Below are positions 61,116 through 64,000 of a DNA stretch of 64,000 nt, piece by piece. The position numbers were made by a program, and so were the translations under genes. Positions within the stretch are counted from its first letter, which is position 1. Each line of letters begins with the position of its first letter. The stretch lies in IMG/VR virus record IMGVR_UViG_3300029288_000055, positions 234,764 through 298,763 of that record; one strand, given 5' to 3'. This DNA comes from a virus. Lineage: Duplodnaviria > Heunggongvirae > Uroviricota > Caudoviricetes. The notes beneath the pieces are model-generated. The model did no database searches. It saw nothing but the letters and a program-made list of their open reading frames with translations, and had not been told where the DNA came from.

Positions 61116-63452
61116 ATGAAATACAGCGTTAACCAAGTTGAAGAAGTTGATTTACTGACTACCACAGTAGAAGAAGACATGACCTTATCAGAAGATTCGA
61201 CAGGTCTTATCTTTCAAATATTCAGTAAGAATATCTATTCTAATCCAATTGGTTCAGTTGTCAGAGAGATAACCAGTAATTGTTTTGATAGTCATGTTGA
61301 AGCAAAAACTGACTTTCCAGTTGTTATCAGAAAGAATTTTGATAAATTGAACAACAATTACAGCATATCATTTATTGACTTTGGTGTAGGTATGTCACCT
61401 GAAAGGATTAATAAGATATATCGTAAATATTTTACCAGTACTAAAAGAGATGGCAATGATCAGATAGGATGTTTTGGGTTGGGAAGCAAAACACCTTTGG
61501 CTTATAAACGTTCAACAGGTTATGGTGTTGACGAATATGATAATTCATATCAGGTTATTACAACTTTTGATGGTATTAAGTATTCATATTTAGTTTATGA
61601 GGGGCAAAACAAATTTCCGAAAATAACATTACAAGATCAGCAATCAAGTAAAGAAAGTAATGGTACAGAAGTACTTGTACCTGTATTGGCAAATGACATT
61701 TACAAGTTTGAAAGAGAAATGATCAAACAGTTATATTACTTTGAGAATGTGATTTTTGAAGGCTTTGATGAAATATTAAGTGATGGTACTGTAAATAAAA
61801 GTGAACTCACCAATGAGTACCAAATTGTACGTGGTAAAAACTTTCTTTTCAGAGGCAACCAATATTCAGATTATATGCATATCTGTTTAGGCAGAGTAGC
61901 ATATCCAATTGATTACGGTGTACTCGGTTTGGAAGGTAAGGATTACAGAATACCAATTGCATTAAGACTTGAAGTTGGTGACATTAACGTGATTGTTTCA
62001 AGGGAATCAATTGACTATTCTGAATCAACAATCAAAATGATCACGAAAAAACTTGAACTTGCTAAAGGTGAAATAAAAGAGTTACTTGCAAAACAGTATG
62101 AGAATGTTGTATCACTGGAAGATTATTTCAATGTTAAGGCAGATTTTGGCAGGTTGCAATTTACTAATGGCGAATCAATTTTTGTTGGTAATTTGATCAG
62201 CAAGAATGATGTTGATTTTTCGAATTTTAAATATTCTGAACTAATTGTTATGCCTGACGATAAGAATTTATTCAAATTCTTTTTCGAAAACAAATTGTAC
62301 GGCAAGAAACCGAGCGAATCTGGCAGGAGAAGGAGAAAAAAATTTACTAATCTCGAACCAGTATCCCCTTATTTTGAAGGTGGTTATGAAGATTTACTTA
62401 AGAATAATGCAAATGTATTTTATTGTGATGGCGAATTTACTCGCAAAGTGTTGAAACAAGCATACCTGAAAGCAACTTATGGTACATTCTTTATTGTAAC
62501 CAAAGAACAACTAATGTACGCAGTACGTAAAGATATTGCTGATTTGTTTCATAATTCATTGGATACATTAACAGATGACAAAGGTCAATTATTACCTTTC
62601 GTACAGATGCTTATTGACATGCAAGAAGATTACTTTGAGATTGTTCGTAAGCATTGTACACATTATGATGACATTGTTGTACCTGAGAGTTTTGTTATCA
62701 CTCGTAAGCGTGCAGCAATTACAGCAGAAATGCGTAACACCACAATACCAGTGAGAATATTTAACGAACGTGGTTGTGATAAACAGGAGAGAATTAAATT
62801 AGATCAGTTGTTTAATTTCAAAGAACCGATTTATTATTGTACTAAAGAAAATAAAAATGAAATGCAAAATGCGGTTCGTGTATTTACCACACTCTTTACT
62901 TCAGAAGCAATTGTTGATGATTACGATTCATATAAAAATGTATTCAGACATAGTGGAAAGAAGAAAATTATGTTCTTGGTTTTATCTACAAATAATCTTA
63001 AGTATTTGGAATTTTGCAATGATGCACGTCCAATTAATACGATATATCAAAAACTATTTTATCGTAAAGCAGATGCAGTCAGCAATTATTTTCAGACTTA
63101 TGAATTGATCGAAGAATATAAACAAATACCTTCACTTTACAGGCATGCAAGTTTCGAAAGCATTAATAAAAAATGGTCTGACAAAGTGAAAACGGTAAGA
63201 GATTTCATTAGTGGTTTGAAGTATCTGAATAGTAATCTTGGTAATAATAAATATGAATTGAATAAATATTTTAATACTGAGAGTATGGGTTTAACTCCAG
63301 AACAAAAGAAAATTAAGAACATTATGCAGGAAATTAATAAACTGCATGAAAAGAATGATACTATTTTAAGTTTCATCAATTTGCCTTATCGTACAAGTGA
63401 TACGATGGAAGATAAATTGGTTGATATATTAAAGAAAGTGATGATATTTTAA
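61116..63452 (+). CDS. rIIA: rIIA-like protein (GHKL/Hsp90-type ATPase N-terminus)
   Basis: IYSNPIGSVVREITSNCFDSH, DFGVGMS, STK...NDQIG.FGLGSK.PLAY, NGTEV.VPV. Confidence 0.8.
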   Translation: MKYSVNQVEEVDLLTTTVEEDMTLSEDSTGLIFQIFSKNIYSNPIGSVVREITSNCFDSHVEAKTDFPVVIRKNFDKLNNNYSISFIDFGVGMSPERINKIYRKYFTSTKRDGNDQIGCFGLGSKTPLAYKRSTGYGVDEYDNSYQVITTFDGIKYSYLVYEGQNKFPKITLQDQQSSKESNGTEVLVPVLANDIYKFEREMIKQLYYFENVIFEGFDEILSDGTVNKSELTNEYQIVRGKNFLFRGNQYSDYMHICLGRVAYPIDYGVLGLEGKDYRIPIALRLEVGDINVIVSRESIDYSESTIKMITKKLELAKGEIKELLAKQYENVVSLEDYFNVKADFGRLQFTNGESIFVGNLISKNDVDFSNFKYSELIVMPDDKNLFKFFFENKLYGKKPSESGRRRRKKFTNLEPVSPYFEGGYEDLLKNNANVFYCDGEFTRKVLKQAYLKATYGTFFIVTKEQLMYAVRKDIADLFHNSLDTLTDDKGQLLPFVQMLIDMQEDYFEIVRKHCTHYDDIVVPESFVITRKRAAITAEMRNTTIPVRIFNERGCDKQERIKLDQLFNFKEPIYYCTKENKNEMQNAVRVFTTLFTSEAIVDDYDSYKNVFRHSGKKKIMFLVLSTNNLKYLEFCNDARPINTIYQKLFYRKADAVSNYFQTYELIEEYKQIPSLYRHASFESINKKWSDKVKTVRDFISGLKYLNSNLGNNKYELNKYFNTESMGLTPEQKKIKNIMQEINKLHEKNDTILSFINLPYRTSDTMEDKLVDILKKVMIF

Positions 63453-63522
63453 GACTTTCTTTTGTAACATTTCAACATCAATTTACGTATAATATAATAA
63501 TGTTAATTTAAAAATAAATCAA

Positions 63523-63921
63523 ATGTCAGTAATCTATAGAGGAAAAACACCAGAAAGAAATTATTCAATATCAGATTTTTATAAAAATGGTATTGTAATT
63601 AGTTGGTTTGCTAAATTTAAAACTTGTGGTGTACCACAAATCAGAATTGTATTCAGAAGTAATGGTTTGCTTGGGGAAATAAGAACATGCGGTAATACCC
63701 TTGCCGTTGATGCTTGGTGGGGTTGGAGTTCAGATCAAAGAATCTGTTTAACTACTGAATGCAAGTCAGTAAGAGAAGCCAAATCAATACTCTTTGAATG
63801 GTTTAAATCTAAAGGGTTTGTTGTGCCGAAGAAAATAACTGATTATGATTGGAGAAAAGGAACTCTTGCATTTTATGGTGTTCAATTAACTTTAAATCCG
63901 TTTATAAAAGAATTTGCATAA
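63523..63921 (+). CDS. Hypothetical protein
   Basis: 132-aa ORF behind ECF promoter 63464. Confidence 0.65.
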   Translation: MSVIYRGKTPERNYSISDFYKNGIVISWFAKFKTCGVPQIRIVFRSNGLLGEIRTCGNTLAVDAWWGWSSDQRICLTTECKSVREAKSILFEWFKSKGFVVPKKITDYDWRKGTLAFYGVQLTLNPFIKEFA

Positions 63922-64000
63922 TCTATAATAATGAATAAAACATTTTACCAAATAATTGCAATCGGAAATAAAAAATTTTTCGATGGTGTTGGTAAATTTC

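Larger units (their letters stand above)
34122..63492 (+). promoter_or_regulatory. Array of 32 ECF-type promoters (G[T/A/G/C]AAC-N16/17-CGTATAA; one copy ATAAC)
   Basis: -35 starts at 34122, 34979, 35482, 35578, 36173, 36545, 37293, 37771, 37908, 38894, 39425, 40189, 40357, 41269, 41659, 43135, 43738, 44741, 45543, 45971, 47662, 48729, 49332, 50351, 51160, 53384, 53749, 57195, 58602, 59791, 61046, 63464. Confidence 0.9.

Noticed and set aside
1-64000. Genome-wide TAG-to-Gln recoding (code 15)
   Set aside because: Coding density under code 11 is high, long genes contain no in-frame TAG, and several ORFs end at TAG followed by ordinary intergenic motifs. Only local amber use is supported in this window; structural or lysis regions elsewhere could differ.
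1-64000. CRISPR array
   Set aside because: No run of equal-length repeats separated by unique spacers; the recurrent motifs are promoters and junction elements with gene-sized spacing.

Overview
AT-rich (roughly 30% GC by eye) segment of a large or jumbo tailed-phage genome. The host is most likely Bacteroidota, judged from TTTG-N20-TAnnTTTG promoters, A-rich translation starts without a Shine-Dalgarno, and SPII lipoproteins. The left part (1-29.3 kb) carries tRNAs and translation, nucleotide and RNA-repair genes: Pth2-like hydrolase, DNA methyltransferase, dNTP diphosphohydrolase-HAD fusion, metallophosphoesterase, nucleotidyltransferase, GMP reductase/IMPDH, RNA ligase and three ART-like proteins. 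A strand-switch zone (29.3-33.4 kb) holds a 28-bp perfect palindrome, a G-quadruplex-like tract, a UvrD helicase and GIY-YIG nucleases. The right part (33.4-64 kb) starts with a phage ECF sigma factor, followed by many small cassette-like genes and non-coding RNAs, and ends with rIIA. Best candidates for undescribed biology: (1) an amber-gated translation module, in which a CUA-anticodon tRNA sits just upstream of a peptidyl-tRNA hydrolase gene reading ATG-AAG-TAG-(conserved domain) and a second amber minigene MKHL*MTTRPP*, in a window that is otherwise not recoded; (2) a phage ECF-sigma regulon with 35 GTAAC-N16/17-CGTATAA promoters, several built into terminator hairpins; (3) three oversized tRNA-like RNAs and several structured ncRNA candidates, including one directly behind a DIP1984-like gene. 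All protein family calls are motif recognition by eye, not database results, and RNA structures are hand-paired.
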